A stretch of 64,000 nt of DNA, from contig JAIOIE010000018.1 in the NCBI GenBank assembly GCA_019912665.1, positions 624,690 to 688,689 of the forward strand. The letters are read 5' to 3'. The notes under the pieces were generated by a model. The model saw only the letters and a program-made list of their open reading frames with translations, was not told the DNA's origin and ran no database searches. Each line of letters begins with the position of its first letter. Position 1 is the first letter of the stretch. A program made the translations under genes and the position numbers. Source of the DNA: Deltaproteobacteria bacterium (lineage in GTDB: Bacteria > Desulfobacterota > GWC2-55-46). Positions 26,195 to 36,602 of this stretch are shown here, piece after piece.

Positions 26195-26821
26195 TCAGCC
26201 CGGCAGGAGGTCGTCCCAGACCTTCACGGGGTCGAGTGCGAAGATCGCGTCCGGGCCGGCGTCCATCACATGCCAGCCGCCCTGGAGGAGCTCCCTTTCG
26301 AGCTGGTCCGGGGCCCATCCGGCGTACCCGGCATAGATGCGGAAAGAGTCCGACGGCATGCCGGCCTCCATCCCCTTCCTGAGGTTCGCCTCGCTCGTGC
26401 TCACGCACACGCCGGGAAGGACAGGGCCACAGCCCTCCATCTCACCTTCGGTCCGGAATAGCATCCAGACATTGCCCGGCTCGACGGGGCCGCCGAAGAA
26501 AAGCGGGTCGTCCTTGCGGGACTCTGCAACGCCCAGGACGCCGTCCGCGAGCTTCATTTTCAAAGGCCGGTTGAGTATCAGCCCCGCAGCGCCGTGGCTC
26601 CCGTATTCGAATAGGAGTATTACGGTCTTTTTGAAGACCGGGTCGTTCAAGTCGGCCCCAGCCACGAGGAACTTGCCTTTTGCGAGCCGGTAATCGTGCC
26701 TGTAGGTCTCGGGGTCGAGCCTTTCAGACTCTTCAGGAACTATATGTGCGTGGATGGAAGGGAGCGCAATTCCCCACATGAGGAGCGCAAGCAAGGACAT
26801 CCTTAAAGCGTAGAGCTTCAT
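26195..26821 (-). CDS. YqgE/AlgH family protein with an N-terminal hydrophobic leader
   Basis: DPVFKKTVILLFEYGSHGAAGLILNRP and a GGPV core typical of UPF0301/YqgE. The N-terminus MKLYALRMSLLALLMWGIALPSIHA looks like a signal peptide. Confidence 0.75.
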   Translation of the reverse strand: MKLYALRMSLLALLMWGIALPSIHAHIVPEESERLDPETYRHDYRLAKGKFLVAGADLNDPVFKKTVILLFEYGSHGAAGLILNRPLKMKLADGVLGVAESRKDDPLFFGGPVEPGNVWMLFRTEGEMEGCGPVLPGVCVSTSEANLRKGMEAGMPSDSFRIYAGYAGWAPDQLERELLQGGWHVMDAGPDAIFALDPVKVWDDLLPG

Positions 26822-27037
26822 GACTTAGATTCCGGAACAGACATGAATCAAAAAGACCCCCGCATCGGCTGCTTGGAAGTGAGCTCCCATGTTACCTTAA
26901 GACCGGCCGGTTTGCACCATTAAACGGGAGGGCGCGCGCTTCCGGATTGACATCCCACCTCTCTCCGATAAAGACCTTTATAACCGGCCCCTGAAGTGTT
27001 AACCTCATAAAAAAAATTTCCCTGGGAGTGGGCTCTC

Positions 27038-27697
27038 ATGCCTCATTTCGATCTCCGCCATTTCCTTGAAACGCTCGGAGAAAGGCTCGGAAGCCGCGCC
27101 TTCGTCGTCCAGGTAGGGGCCATGGACGGGAAGACCTTCGACCCGGTGCACGAGTACATAAAACGCTTCGGCTGGAGCGGGTTACTTATTGAGCCCGTCA
27201 GGGAGCATTTCGAGAAGCTGAAGGAGACCTACCGGGAAAACCCGGGAATAGCTTTTTCTAACGTGGCTGTTGCCGGGCACTGCGGGACCATCGAGCTATT
27301 CAGGGTGCCTTCCGAGCATGTCATCGAAGGGCGCGTGCCTAGATGGGGGCTTGGGGCCGCCTCAATCTATGCTGACCGGAACGCGCTTTCGTTCCCAGAG
27401 GTGCGCCCGTTCGTGGTGAAGGAGGAGGTCCCCTGCATGACGCTTCCGGGAATACTGCGGGAGCATAATGTAGCTCGGATCGACGTCCTGCAGATCGATA
27501 CCGAGGGCTGCGACTATCAGGTATTGAAGCAGCTCGATTTCAGCGCCTTCCGCCCCAAGGTCATAAATATGGAGATAGTGAACATACCGAAAAGCGAGCG
27601 GACCCCCTGCAAGCGCCTCCTCGACTCGCATGGGTATACATATGTCAAGGCGGGCTACGACCTGCTGGCGGTCTCGCTCGATGATTTCATGAAGTAA
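27038..27697 (+). CDS. FkbM family methyltransferase
   Basis: VVQVGAMDGKTFDP, LIEPV, and IDVLQIDTEGCDYQVL, typical of FkbM-type SAM methyltransferases. Confidence 0.8.
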   Translation: MPHFDLRHFLETLGERLGSRAFVVQVGAMDGKTFDPVHEYIKRFGWSGLLIEPVREHFEKLKETYRENPGIAFSNVAVAGHCGTIELFRVPSEHVIEGRVPRWGLGAASIYADRNALSFPEVRPFVVKEEVPCMTLPGILREHNVARIDVLQIDTEGCDYQVLKQLDFSAFRPKVINMEIVNIPKSERTPCKRLLDSHGYTYVKAGYDLLAVSLDDFMK

Positions 27698-28655
27698 GCC
27701 TTATTTTCCCGCCGAGCCTCCACTCCATAGTAAGTCCGAGCCCGCTTTCGAGCCCCACGAGCGGCCCCCATCCAAGCCCCTCTTTTGCCTTCCCTATTGT
27801 AAGACAACTCCTTTTAATATCCCCTGGTCTTGCATCGCCTTTAGCAGGGGTTTTTAGGGCCTCCGACAAGGGCCTGACCCGGCTCAGGGCTGAAGCGATG
27901 CCGTTAAAGAGCTCCAGGGTATGGGTGGCCACACCCGTCCCGATATTGTATATACCCCCGCTCCCCTTTTCGAGGGCCAGGAGGTTTGCCCGTGCAACGT
28001 CTGTGACGAAGCAGTAATCCCTGGTCATGCCCCTCGGCTCGTCAGAATAGGCGTTAACCGTGCAGGGGAGCCCCGATATGAGCCTGTCCATGAATATGGC
28101 GACGACGCCAGCCTCCCCGTGCGGGACCTGCCTGGGGCCGTATATGTTCGCGTATCTCAATACCGTGTAGTCAAGCCCGTACTGATCCCGGTAGAAATCG
28201 AGGTACTTCTCGGATACGAGCTTGGTTATGGCATAGGGCGAGGCAGGCCTGGGCATGTAATCTTCACCCGTGGGGTATTCCGTCGCCTCTCCGTAGACGG
28301 CCCCGCCTGAGGATATGAATATGACCTTTTTCGTCCCGTTCTTCCTTGCGGCCTCGAGGACGTTCAGGAAGCCCTTTACGTTCACGTCCGCGTCGAAGAG
28401 CGGGTCTTCAACCGAGGCCGGAACCGACATCTGCGCCGCGTGATGGTTAACGACATCGGGCCTTTCGTGCTCGAATACCTTCCCGACCTCGGGCGAGCGC
28501 ACGTCCATCAGATAGAACTTCGCCCTGGGGTTAAGGTTCTCGCGCCTGCCCGTAAAGAGGTTGTCGAGTATGACCACCTCGTGCCCGGCCTCTATGTAAG
28601 CGTCGGCCACGTTCGAGCCTATGAAACCCGCGCCACCTGTAACAAGTATCTTCAT
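27687..28655 (-). CDS. NAD-dependent sugar epimerase/dehydratase (UDP-glucose 4-epimerase-like SDR)
   Basis: [15 protein letters not shown], and YAITK (YxxxK). Confidence 0.85.
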   Translation of the reverse strand: MKILVTGGAGFIGSNVADAYIEAGHEVVILDNLFTGRRENLNPRAKFYLMDVRSPEVGKVFEHERPDVVNHHAAQMSVPASVEDPLFDADVNVKGFLNVLEAARKNGTKKVIFISSGGAVYGEATEYPTGEDYMPRPASPYAITKLVSEKYLDFYRDQYGLDYTVLRYANIYGPRQVPHGEAGVVAIFMDRLISGLPCTVNAYSDEPRGMTRDYCFVTDVARANLLALEKGSGGIYNIGTGVATHTLELFNGIASALSRVRPLSEALKTPAKGDARPGDIKRSCLTIGKAKEGLGWGPLVGLESGLGLTMEWRLGGKIRLTS

Positions 28656-28700
28656 ATCACCCCTCTGAAATAGAATTCAGCAAGTCCGTCTGCCTCGCGT

Positions 28701-29603
28701 TCAGCGTAGCTCGCCTTTTATCCCCTTAAGGTAGTCCCTGAAGCCTTTTGTTATCATACTCGCGCCAGGGGCCGCCGGGGTCTTCATGGTAAGAAGGCTT
28801 AAAAACGAGGCGGCCAGTATCGAAAGGTATCTCGCGTAGCGCAAGGGCAAGGGTAGAGGCCTGTTCAGGTCAACGCACCTCAAGGTGTTCCGGGTCGAGT
28901 AATAAAGGGACGCGGCCACCCCGACAGCCCCGCTCGATGCCGAGACCTTGTGCCAGACCTTTGATGATGGCACGTAGAGCACCTTGAACCCGGCCTTTTT
29001 CGCGCGCATCCCCCAGTCCAGGTCCTCGGCGTAGCAGAAGTAATCCTCGTCGAAAAGGCCGACCTTCTCGCAGAGGATTCTACTGACCATCATGGCGCAG
29101 CCCGTGGGCCTTCCTGTCTCCCTTGTCCCGGAACCGCCAGAGTCCTTCTTATTGAAACCGAGGTGCCTTCCCCAGCCAAGCAGACTGCTAAAGTAAGCAC
29201 CGCCGTACCATACTGTGTCCGGCCTGTCATGGAAATACACCTTCGAGCAGAGTATACCAGCCTGAGGCTCGCCTTCTGCGGCGGCAACAAGCTCGCTTAC
29301 GAAATCGGGCGCAACAATGGTATCGTTATTGAGGAGCAGCACATAATCCGCCTCGTTCTCAAAGGCCTGCCTTATGCCCGCGTTGCAGCCACCGGCAAAG
29401 CCCAGGTTTTTCCCGGTCCCGATGAACCTTATGCCCGAGGGGAAACGCCTCTTGAGGGCATTGAGGGAGCCGTCCACGGAGCCGTTGTCAACGACCATTA
29501 TCTCAAGCGCCGGATAGACTACTTTCTTCAGTGACTGTAAGCACTCCGCCGTATCCCTGTACCCGTTCCAGTTGAGGACGACTATCGAGACCTTCGGGGC
29601 CAT
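28701..29603 (-). CDS. Family 2 glycosyltransferase
   Basis: MAPKVSIVVLNWNGYRDT, VVDNGSVDGS, and LLLNNDT (DxD-like). The start is set at the ATG after the upstream gene's stop. The long ORF extension is Arg-rich and unlikely to be coding. Confidence 0.85.
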   Translation of the reverse strand: MAPKVSIVVLNWNGYRDTAECLQSLKKVVYPALEIMVVDNGSVDGSLNALKRRFPSGIRFIGTGKNLGFAGGCNAGIRQAFENEADYVLLLNNDTIVAPDFVSELVAAAEGEPQAGILCSKVYFHDRPDTVWYGGAYFSSLLGWGRHLGFNKKDSGGSGTRETGRPTGCAMMVSRILCEKVGLFDEDYFCYAEDLDWGMRAKKAGFKVLYVPSSKVWHKVSASSGAVGVAASLYYSTRNTLRCVDLNRPLPLPLRYARYLSILAASFLSLLTMKTPAAPGASMITKGFRDYLKGIKGELR

Positions 29604-29607
29604 TATT

Positions 29608-30834
29608 TCAGCGCCTCCCGGTCTCAAGGGCCGCCCTGCCCTTTTCCGGGAGGAGCTCCATGTATTTCCGCTCAAGCCCGGCCGCAATCTTCTCCCATGA
29701 ATACTTCTCTGAGACGAGGGCATAGCCGCCCTTTCTTATCCTCTCGGAGAGAGAGCGGTCTTCCATGAGCCTCTTGCAGGCCTCGGCAAACTCCCGGGGG
29801 CTGTCGGCTATGAGGATATTCTCGTTATTCCGGACCTCTATGCCCTCGCACCCTATGGAGGTCGAAACGACCGGAGAGCCGGCTGCCATCGCCTCCAGTA
29901 TCTTAAGCCTCGTGCCGCTCCCGACTCTCAACGGCACTATGGAGATCGCGTTTTTAAGCATCGGCCCCGTCTCTTTAACGAACCCGTGGAGTTTTATATC
30001 CGGGTCCGTCTCAAGCGGCTTTAGCGCGCCAACAGGGTCGCTCCCTGCCACATCCAATTTTACGCCCAGGCATATCTCCTTGAGTATCGGGAATATGGCT
30101 TCATGGAAATAGAGGAGGCCGTCCCTGTTCGGCCAATGGCCGGTAGAGCCTATGTATAGCAGCCTTTTCCCCGGCTCAAAGGGCGCGAGCGCCTCCTCGG
30201 GGCTCAAGGGGGTTGCGCCGTTCGGCACTACCTGAAACCGGTCTCCCGGACAGAGCTTCCGGAGCATTTCCGCGTCGGCCTGGGACATCATTATCCTCAG
30301 GTCGAAGCGTCCGGAAAGTTTTTTCTCAAGCCGCCTGCTCTTTAGCCACTGGATGTAGAAGAACGCCTTCCAGACCATGCCGGGGGCGTTCCTGGCGCGG
30401 CGGTACTGGGTCACGAAGGAAAGGTCCTGCTCGGTAAGGGCGCCTACGCCGGCAAACTTGTCCGGGAGATAGGGCCCCATCTCCGTAAGCTCTATCTGAA
30501 CGACGTCGAATGAGCCAGAGGCAAGGAGGGCATTAAGCCTTTCCGCCATCCGCTTCGAGCGGTACGCGAGGGATATTATCGGATAAGGCGAGAGTATGTG
30601 GCGTATATTGAAGAGAAGGGACGGTAGCCCGGTGAGCTCCCTTCTTTCCACTCCCTCGACCCTGCAATATCTCTCAAGCTCCTTGAGGGCGGAAAGCTCG
30701 CCGTTTCCGCTGTAGAAACATAAGAGCGTGACCTCGTTCCTCCGTGAAAGCTCCCTTATGAGGTTGAAGACCCTCACCTTGCCGCCGTCGGCAGGCGGGT
30801 AGGGCGGGAAAGGCGATACGACGAGTATCCTCAT
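29608..30834 (-). CDS. Family 4 (GT-B) glycosyltransferase
   Basis: MRILVVSPFPPYPPADGGKVRV and the C-terminal EGFGLxxLEAMA-like motif (GTRLKILEAMAAGSPVV). Confidence 0.85.
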   Translation of the reverse strand: MRILVVSPFPPYPPADGGKVRVFNLIRELSRRNEVTLLCFYSGNGELSALKELERYCRVEGVERRELTGLPSLLFNIRHILSPYPIISLAYRSKRMAERLNALLASGSFDVVQIELTEMGPYLPDKFAGVGALTEQDLSFVTQYRRARNAPGMVWKAFFYIQWLKSRRLEKKLSGRFDLRIMMSQADAEMLRKLCPGDRFQVVPNGATPLSPEEALAPFEPGKRLLYIGSTGHWPNRDGLLYFHEAIFPILKEICLGVKLDVAGSDPVGALKPLETDPDIKLHGFVKETGPMLKNAISIVPLRVGSGTRLKILEAMAAGSPVVSTSIGCEGIEVRNNENILIADSPREFAEACKRLMEDRSLSERIRKGGYALVSEKYSWEKIAAGLERKYMELLPEKGRAALETGRR

Positions 30835-30838
30835 CCGG

Positions 30839-31930
30839 TCATTCAGCCTGCGTTACGATTCTATCACTATACTGGAGGCTATAATATTTAGTGTACTCGC
30901 CGGAGATTATCCTGTCCCACCAGTCGCGGTTGGCGATGTACCAGTCTATGGTCTTCGCTATCCCGTCCTCGAAGCAATGCGCCGGCGCCCAGCCGAGCTC
31001 CTTCTCCATCTTCGAACAGTCTATGGCGTATCTCCTGTCGTGGCCGGGCCTGTCCTTCACGAAGGTGATGAGCTTTTCGCGGCTCCCCTCGAAGGGGTAC
31101 TCCTTTAATGCGCCCTCACCGGCCTTCCTGTCCAGGACCGAGCAGATGAGCTTTACTATCTCGATATTCTTCTTCTCGTTCCGGCCGCCTATGTTGTAGG
31201 TCTCGCCGAGCCTCCCTTTTTCAAGGACGGTATCCACGGCCCTGCAGTGGTCCTCGACATAGAGCCAGTCCCTGACGTTAAGCCCGTCGCCATAGACCGG
31301 AAGGGCCTTGCCCTTCAATGCGTTTATTACCATCAACGGGATGAGCTTCTCCGGAAACTGGTACGGCCCGTAGTTGTTCGAGCAGTTGGTCGTGAGGACC
31401 GGGAGCCCGTAGGTGTGGAAGTAGGCCCTGACGAGATGGTCGGATGAGGCCTTGCTCGCGGCATAGGGCGAGTTGGGGCTGTAGGCGGTAGTCTCTGTGA
31501 AAAAGCCTGTGGGCCCGAGCGTGCCGTAGACCTCGTCGGTCGAGACGTGGAGGAACCTTTTTCCGCCGGAATCATTGCCCCAGTGCTTCCTCGCGGCCTC
31601 GAGCAGGGTGAATGTGCCGAGGATGTTCGTCTCTATGAAGTCCCTGGGGCCGAGTATCGAGCGGTCCACGTGCGATTCGGCAGCGAAGTTCACGACCGTG
31701 TCTATGCCCTCTTCCGTAAAGAGCGCGTCAACGAGATTTATATCGGTTATATCGCCCTTCACGAACCTGTATAGCGGCCCCTCCTTTAAAGACGCGAGGT
31801 TTTCTAGGTTGCCCGCGTAGGTGAGCTTATCGAGCACCACGAGCCTGTCGCCGGGGTGGGCGGCCCTCATGTGGAGGACGAAATTAGAGCCGATGAAGCC
31901 TGCGCCGCCTGTTATGAGTATCTTACGCAT
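30839..31930 (-). CDS. rfbB: dTDP-glucose 4,6-dehydratase
   Basis: [35 protein letters not shown], and [19 protein letters not shown] 6 nt before the ATG. Confidence 0.92.
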   Translation of the reverse strand: MRKILITGGAGFIGSNFVLHMRAAHPGDRLVVLDKLTYAGNLENLASLKEGPLYRFVKGDITDINLVDALFTEEGIDTVVNFAAESHVDRSILGPRDFIETNILGTFTLLEAARKHWGNDSGGKRFLHVSTDEVYGTLGPTGFFTETTAYSPNSPYAASKASSDHLVRAYFHTYGLPVLTTNCSNNYGPYQFPEKLIPLMVINALKGKALPVYGDGLNVRDWLYVEDHCRAVDTVLEKGRLGETYNIGGRNEKKNIEIVKLICSVLDRKAGEGALKEYPFEGSREKLITFVKDRPGHDRRYAIDCSKMEKELGWAPAHCFEDGIAKTIDWYIANRDWWDRIISGEYTKYYSLQYSDRIVTQAE

Positions 31931-32013
31931 TGCCAACCCCCCTTTGAGGCAACCCCTAAAAATCGATCTTTTCCCCGGACTCTGCGTCAGGCCGGGAAAA
32001 GCGTGAAAAAGCT

Positions 32014-32904
32014 CTAATTTTCAGAAGTTGCCTTGAGTTCCTTGAGCATCGACCGGAGCGAGTCTCTCCAGTAAGGAATCCGGAGCCCGAAGGCCCCCTT
32101 TATCCTGGCCTTGTCCAGGACCGAGAAGGCAGGCCTCCTGGCCGGGACAGGATATTCAGCCGTGAGTATCGGCTCTATTGCCGAGCACTTAAGCCCGGTG
32201 CCGAGCGCCTTCGCCTCCTCGCATATCGCAACCGCGAAATCGAACCAGCTCGCCACACCCTCATTGGAATAATGGTAAGTCCCCCAGGGGCTTTTGCCCG
32301 CGCTGATTGATTTTGCGACCTCGACTATCGCGGAGGCCAGGTCCGCGCTCCAGGTCGGAGAGCCGACCTGGTCGTATACCACCCTGAGCGAGTCCCGCTC
32401 CGATGCGAGCCTCAGTATCGTCTTTACGAAGTTATGCCCCGTGACCCCGTAGACCCACGAGGTGCGTATGACCACGCGCTTATCCAAAAGGGCCGCGAGG
32501 GCCGCCTCGCCCGCGAGCTTGGACTCTCCATAGACGCTCTGCGGGTTGGTCGCGTCGTCTTCCCTGTAAGGGACCGCCCTCGACCCGTCGAATACGAAAT
32601 CGGTCGAGACGTGTATAAGTGGGATGCCCGCCTCAAGCGCGGCCCGTCCGAGGTTTGCAGGGCCGTCGGAATTCACGGCAAAGGCCCTTTCCCTCTCCTT
32701 CTCGGCGAGATCGACCTTCGTGTAAGCCGCCGCGTTTATTATAAGGCCGGGCCTCTCCTTCCGTACCGCGTTGAAAACCGCAGTGGCGTCCGCTATGTCA
32801 AGCTCGGATGAGCCGAAGGCCGCTGTCTCGAACCCGGCATTCCGGAGAAGCGGCCCAAGGTCGCTCCCGAGCTGCCCTTTTGCGCCTGTCAGTAGTGCCT
32901 TCAT
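32014..32904 (-). CDS. rfbD: dTDP-4-dehydrorhamnose reductase
   Basis: [23 protein letters not shown], and YGESKLAGE. Confidence 0.9.
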   Translation of the reverse strand: MKALLTGAKGQLGSDLGPLLRNAGFETAAFGSSELDIADATAVFNAVRKERPGLIINAAAYTKVDLAEKERERAFAVNSDGPANLGRAALEAGIPLIHVSTDFVFDGSRAVPYREDDATNPQSVYGESKLAGEAALAALLDKRVVIRTSWVYGVTGHNFVKTILRLASERDSLRVVYDQVGSPTWSADLASAIVEVAKSISAGKSPWGTYHYSNEGVASWFDFAVAICEEAKALGTGLKCSAIEPILTAEYPVPARRPAFSVLDKARIKGAFGLRIPYWRDSLRSMLKELKATSEN

Positions 32905-33378
32905 TCAATCCAGCCTGTAGGGGGATTTGGGGTCGTTCTCGTATCTCACCTCGTCAACCGGCTCCTTTTTGCCGTTCCCCTTAAAGAGCCTGTTCGGGCA
33001 GTTTATGACGAGCCCGTCCTCGCTCCCCACGTTCCTGTACGCGTGGACGACCTTTTTGGGGACGATGACGACCGAGGGGTTTGATTCCCCGGCCACGAAG
33101 GCCATCCTGTTCCCGAAGGTCGGCGACTCGGGCCTGTTGTCCCAGAGATACACCTTGAAGTCCGACGGCCCGGCAAAGCAGAAATAATCGGCCTGGTCCA
33201 TGTGCTCGTGCGGCCCCCTCGCCACACCCGGCCTCGTAAGCGAGACATAGGTCATGACGGGAACGTACTCCTCTGAAATTTCATCCGTGCGGAAGAGCTC
33301 CATCAGCCACCCGCGGTCGTCCGCATACCTCTTGAGCTCCTTTATCACAATACCCTCAATCGGCCCGTCCTTGAACAT
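32905..33378 (-). CDS. rfbC: dTDP-4-dehydrorhamnose 3,5-epimerase family cupin (short form)
   Basis: DDRGWLMELFR, RGPHEH and HAYRN motifs. Sits between rfbA and rfbD. Confidence 0.8.
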   Translation of the reverse strand: MFKDGPIEGIVIKELKRYADDRGWLMELFRTDEISEEYVPVMTYVSLTRPGVARGPHEHMDQADYFCFAGPSDFKVYLWDNRPESPTFGNRMAFVAGESNPSVVIVPKKVVHAYRNVGSEDGLVINCPNRLFKGNGKKEPVDEVRYENDPKSPYRLD

Positions 33379-33381
33379 GCC

Positions 33382-34455
33382 TTACACCTCCACCACGGAA
33401 TCATCGCCTATCATCAGACGGAGCGCCTCGTGCTTCTCATGGCACCTCCGGACCTTCGCGTTCCTGCCGATAAGGCTGTCCTCGAGCCTGTCCACGTGGT
33501 CCACCTCGGAGCCCGAGAGTATGACGCAGTGCTCGACGATGGACTTGAAGACGCGTGTCTTCGCGCCTATGCTCGTGAAGGGGCCGATGAAGCTCCCCTC
33601 TATGACTGCCCCCTTGCCGATGACTATCGGCCCGCGGAGCGTGCTGTTAACGACCCTGGCCCCTTCCTCTATCGTGACCCTTCCGGTCACCTCGGAATTT
33701 TCGACCTCGCCCCTTATGTCGCGCTTGTACCATTCGTCAAGGACGATGGTATTGGCGGCCAGTAGGTCGTCTTTTTTTCCTGTATCGAGCCACCAGGTGT
33801 CGAGCACGTGGCTGTGCACGGGCCTGCCCTGGTTTATCAGCTCCTGTATGGCGTCCGTTATCTCGAGCTCCCCGCGCGCCGAGGGCTTGATGCGGGATAT
33901 GGCCCTGTGTATCTCGGTCGAGAATATGTAAACGCCTACGAGCGCAAGGTTGCTCTTCGGGGCCTTTGGTTTTTCCTCAAGGCAGATGATGCGGCCGGTG
34001 CCGTCGGTCTGGGCGACCCCGAAGGAGGACGGGTTTTCCACGGGCTTAAGGAGAATGACCGCGTCAGCCCCGGTGGACCTGAACGTGCTTACGAAAGATT
34101 CTATGCCGGTCCCGATGAGGTTATCGCCCAGATACATGACAAAGGGGCTATTTCCGAGGAAGGCGCTTCCGGTGATGACCGCGTGGGCGAGGCCGCCGGG
34201 CTTCTCCTGCATGATGTAGGTGATGGCGACCCCCCAGTCGGAGCCGTCGCCCATGGTGTCCTTCACCTCCTGCCCGGTCTCGGGAGAGATGATTATGCCG
34301 ACCTCCTTTATGCCCGCCCTCGCGATGTTGTCGAGCACATAGGCGAGTATTGGGCGGTTAGCTATGGGGACGAGCTGCTTTGCGCCCGTGTGCGTAAGGG
34401 GCCGTAGCCTCGTGCCTTTGCCCCCGCTAAGGACCAGGGCCTTCATCTCGGACAT
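33382..34455 (-). CDS. rfbA: Glucose-1-phosphate thymidylyltransferase (long form with C-terminal left-handed beta-helix)
   Basis: MKALVLSGGKGTRLRPLTHTGAKQL, then hexapeptide-repeat-like C-terminus. GGAGG RBS 9 nt before ATG 34455. Confidence 0.88.
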   Translation of the reverse strand: MSEMKALVLSGGKGTRLRPLTHTGAKQLVPIANRPILAYVLDNIARAGIKEVGIIISPETGQEVKDTMGDGSDWGVAITYIMQEKPGGLAHAVITGSAFLGNSPFVMYLGDNLIGTGIESFVSTFRSTGADAVILLKPVENPSSFGVAQTDGTGRIICLEEKPKAPKSNLALVGVYIFSTEIHRAISRIKPSARGELEITDAIQELINQGRPVHSHVLDTWWLDTGKKDDLLAANTIVLDEWYKRDIRGEVENSEVTGRVTIEEGARVVNSTLRGPIVIGKGAVIEGSFIGPFTSIGAKTRVFKSIVEHCVILSGSEVDHVDRLEDSLIGRNAKVRRCHEKHEALRLMIGDDSVVEV

Positions 34456-34476
34456 AAACTCTCTACCTCCTCTAAG

Positions 34477-34532
34477 CAGGCTGCTGAAAAAACCCAATCT
34501 GCGGTGTCGTCTTGGGCTTTTTGAGCAGCCTG
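34477..34532. repeat. Intergenic hairpin repeat, family 1, short copy
   Basis: caggctgctgaaaaaacccaa...cttgggctttttgagcagcctg forms a roughly 20-bp near-perfect stem between fcl and rfbA on the same transcript strand. Confidence 0.7.
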
Positions 34533-34567
34533 AATGTGATTTCAAGTCTGCCAGATCGATTTCTTCC

Positions 34568-35530
<963 letters not shown>

Positions 35531-35557
35531 TTATTTCCAATCTGCATCAGTTCCTTG

Positions 35558-35735
35558 TGTCATTGCGAGCATACCGAAGAATCTTGCCCAACAGTCCATC
35601 AAACCTTTGCTGTCATTCTGAGCGGAGCGAAGAATCTCGACGTATGCCTTCCCCAAGACTCTTTTCTATCATTCCGAGGCAAGTCCCTCGTCATTGCGAG
35701 AGACGCAAGTCCTGCAGGGTGCGCTTTGCGCACCA
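35558..35735. repeat. Cluster of family 2 short repeats (tgtcattSYgagcg..gaagaatct modules)
   Basis: tgtcattgcgagcataccgaagaatcttgc (35558), tgtcattctgagcggagcgaagaatctcga (35611), and tatcattccgagg../cgtcattgcgagagacgcaagtcctgc (35667-35727). The same module forms an inverted pair at 61899-61983. Confidence 0.7.
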
Positions 35736-35747
35736 ATTCATTTTTTA

Positions 35748-36383
35748 TCAGGCCGCAGGGCCTTCTATCTTTTTAAGCCACCCGCCGGAGCTTATGGACA
35801 GAATCTTTTTATCATCAACCCCGGCGCGGACGAGCCCCCTTCTCAGGGCCTCGTCGTCCTTGAAGTTCGTTATCACAACCACATCGAACGAAAGGCTCTT
35901 TATATCCCCTATGGCCCTGACCTCGTGGCCGAGAAATCGCTGCTTCGAGGGCTCGGAGTCCACGATCCCGGTAAGCTCAAGGTCGGTATCCTTCAAAGAA
36001 AGGTAAGCTATCTCGGTGACTTCGTCAACCCCGCAAAAGGCGACCCTCTTTACGCCCGAGGCAGCGAGCCTGGTAAAAAGGGCGCTAAAGTCCCTCCGCG
36101 CGACCCTGTAGAGGGCCGTAAAGTTCTGGAGATGGCGGTAAGTTAGGCGGGTTTTCTCGGCAAAGCCGTGAGGAGTAAGGTAATACGCGTATCTTTTCCG
36201 GGGTATGGTGGATATGGTTATGTAGCCTTTGGCGGCAAGGTTCTTGAGGTATGAGTTTATAAGGCCGAGCGCGACCCCGAGCTTCCGGCTCAAGTCCCGC
36301 TGGGTAAGCTCATGGTTACGGGATATCTCGTCAAGGAGCTGTAGCGAGCGGTAGTCGTCTGTCTGCTCGTCCTTGTTGTTCAT
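35748..36383 (-). CDS. Winged helix-turn-helix regulator with a C-terminal Rossmann-like domain
   Basis: The N-terminus LTQRDLSRKLGVALGLINSYLKNLAAKGYI is wHTH-like. The C-terminus (VAFCGVDEVTEIAY..VVITNF) is Rossmann/CoA-binding-like. Confidence 0.7.
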   Translation of the reverse strand: MNNKDEQTDDYRSLQLLDEISRNHELTQRDLSRKLGVALGLINSYLKNLAAKGYITISTIPRKRYAYYLTPHGFAEKTRLTYRHLQNFTALYRVARRDFSALFTRLAASGVKRVAFCGVDEVTEIAYLSLKDTDLELTGIVDSEPSKQRFLGHEVRAIGDIKSLSFDVVVITNFKDDEALRRGLVRAGVDDKKILSISSGGWLKKIEGPAA

Positions 36384-36478
36384 GAAATGAACATACCATA
36401 GGAAAGCTGGTGCAGTCAAGAGGGGAGGGGGCGCGATTTGACAATGTTCCCTGCACCCCCGTGAACGAAAAATGTCGT

Positions 36479-36507
36479 TTGAGAAAACGAATAGTTTATG
36501 CTATAAA
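36479..36507 (+). promoter_or_regulatory. Putative sigma70-type promoter of the low-GC two-gene operon
   Basis: TTGAGA-N17-TATAAA in an AT-rich spacer, about 75 nt upstream of ATG 36584. Confidence 0.35.
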
Positions 36508-36568
36508 AAACGCACAGAATCCTTGTTGAAGCTTTTGGCGAATAGCACATTAATAATTTCCCGCATAT

Positions 36569-36602
36569 CCCTCTGAAATTGAAATGAAAACCGCTCAGAG
36601 GG
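36569..36602 (+). promoter_or_regulatory. Hairpin enclosing the first ATG of the 36584 ORF
   Basis: CCCTCTGA (36569-76) pairs with TCAGAGGG (36595-602), and ATG 36584 lies in the loop. This could be translational control, or the real start may be ATG 36623. Confidence 0.3.

Noticed and set aside
26155-26408. Arg/Pro/Gly-rich ORFs (75 aa plus strand, 81 aa minus strand) at the 3' end of the YqgE gene.
   Set aside because: These are extreme low-complexity frames overlapping a supported gene, typical of GC-rich out-of-frame translation.
35558-35735. Possible small CRISPR array, suggested by the repeated ~30-nt modules.
   Set aside because: The repeats are imperfect, the spacing is irregular (about 23-27 nt and then overlapping), there are only 3-4 units, and the same module occurs as an inverted pair elsewhere (61899-61983). 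No cas genes are present.
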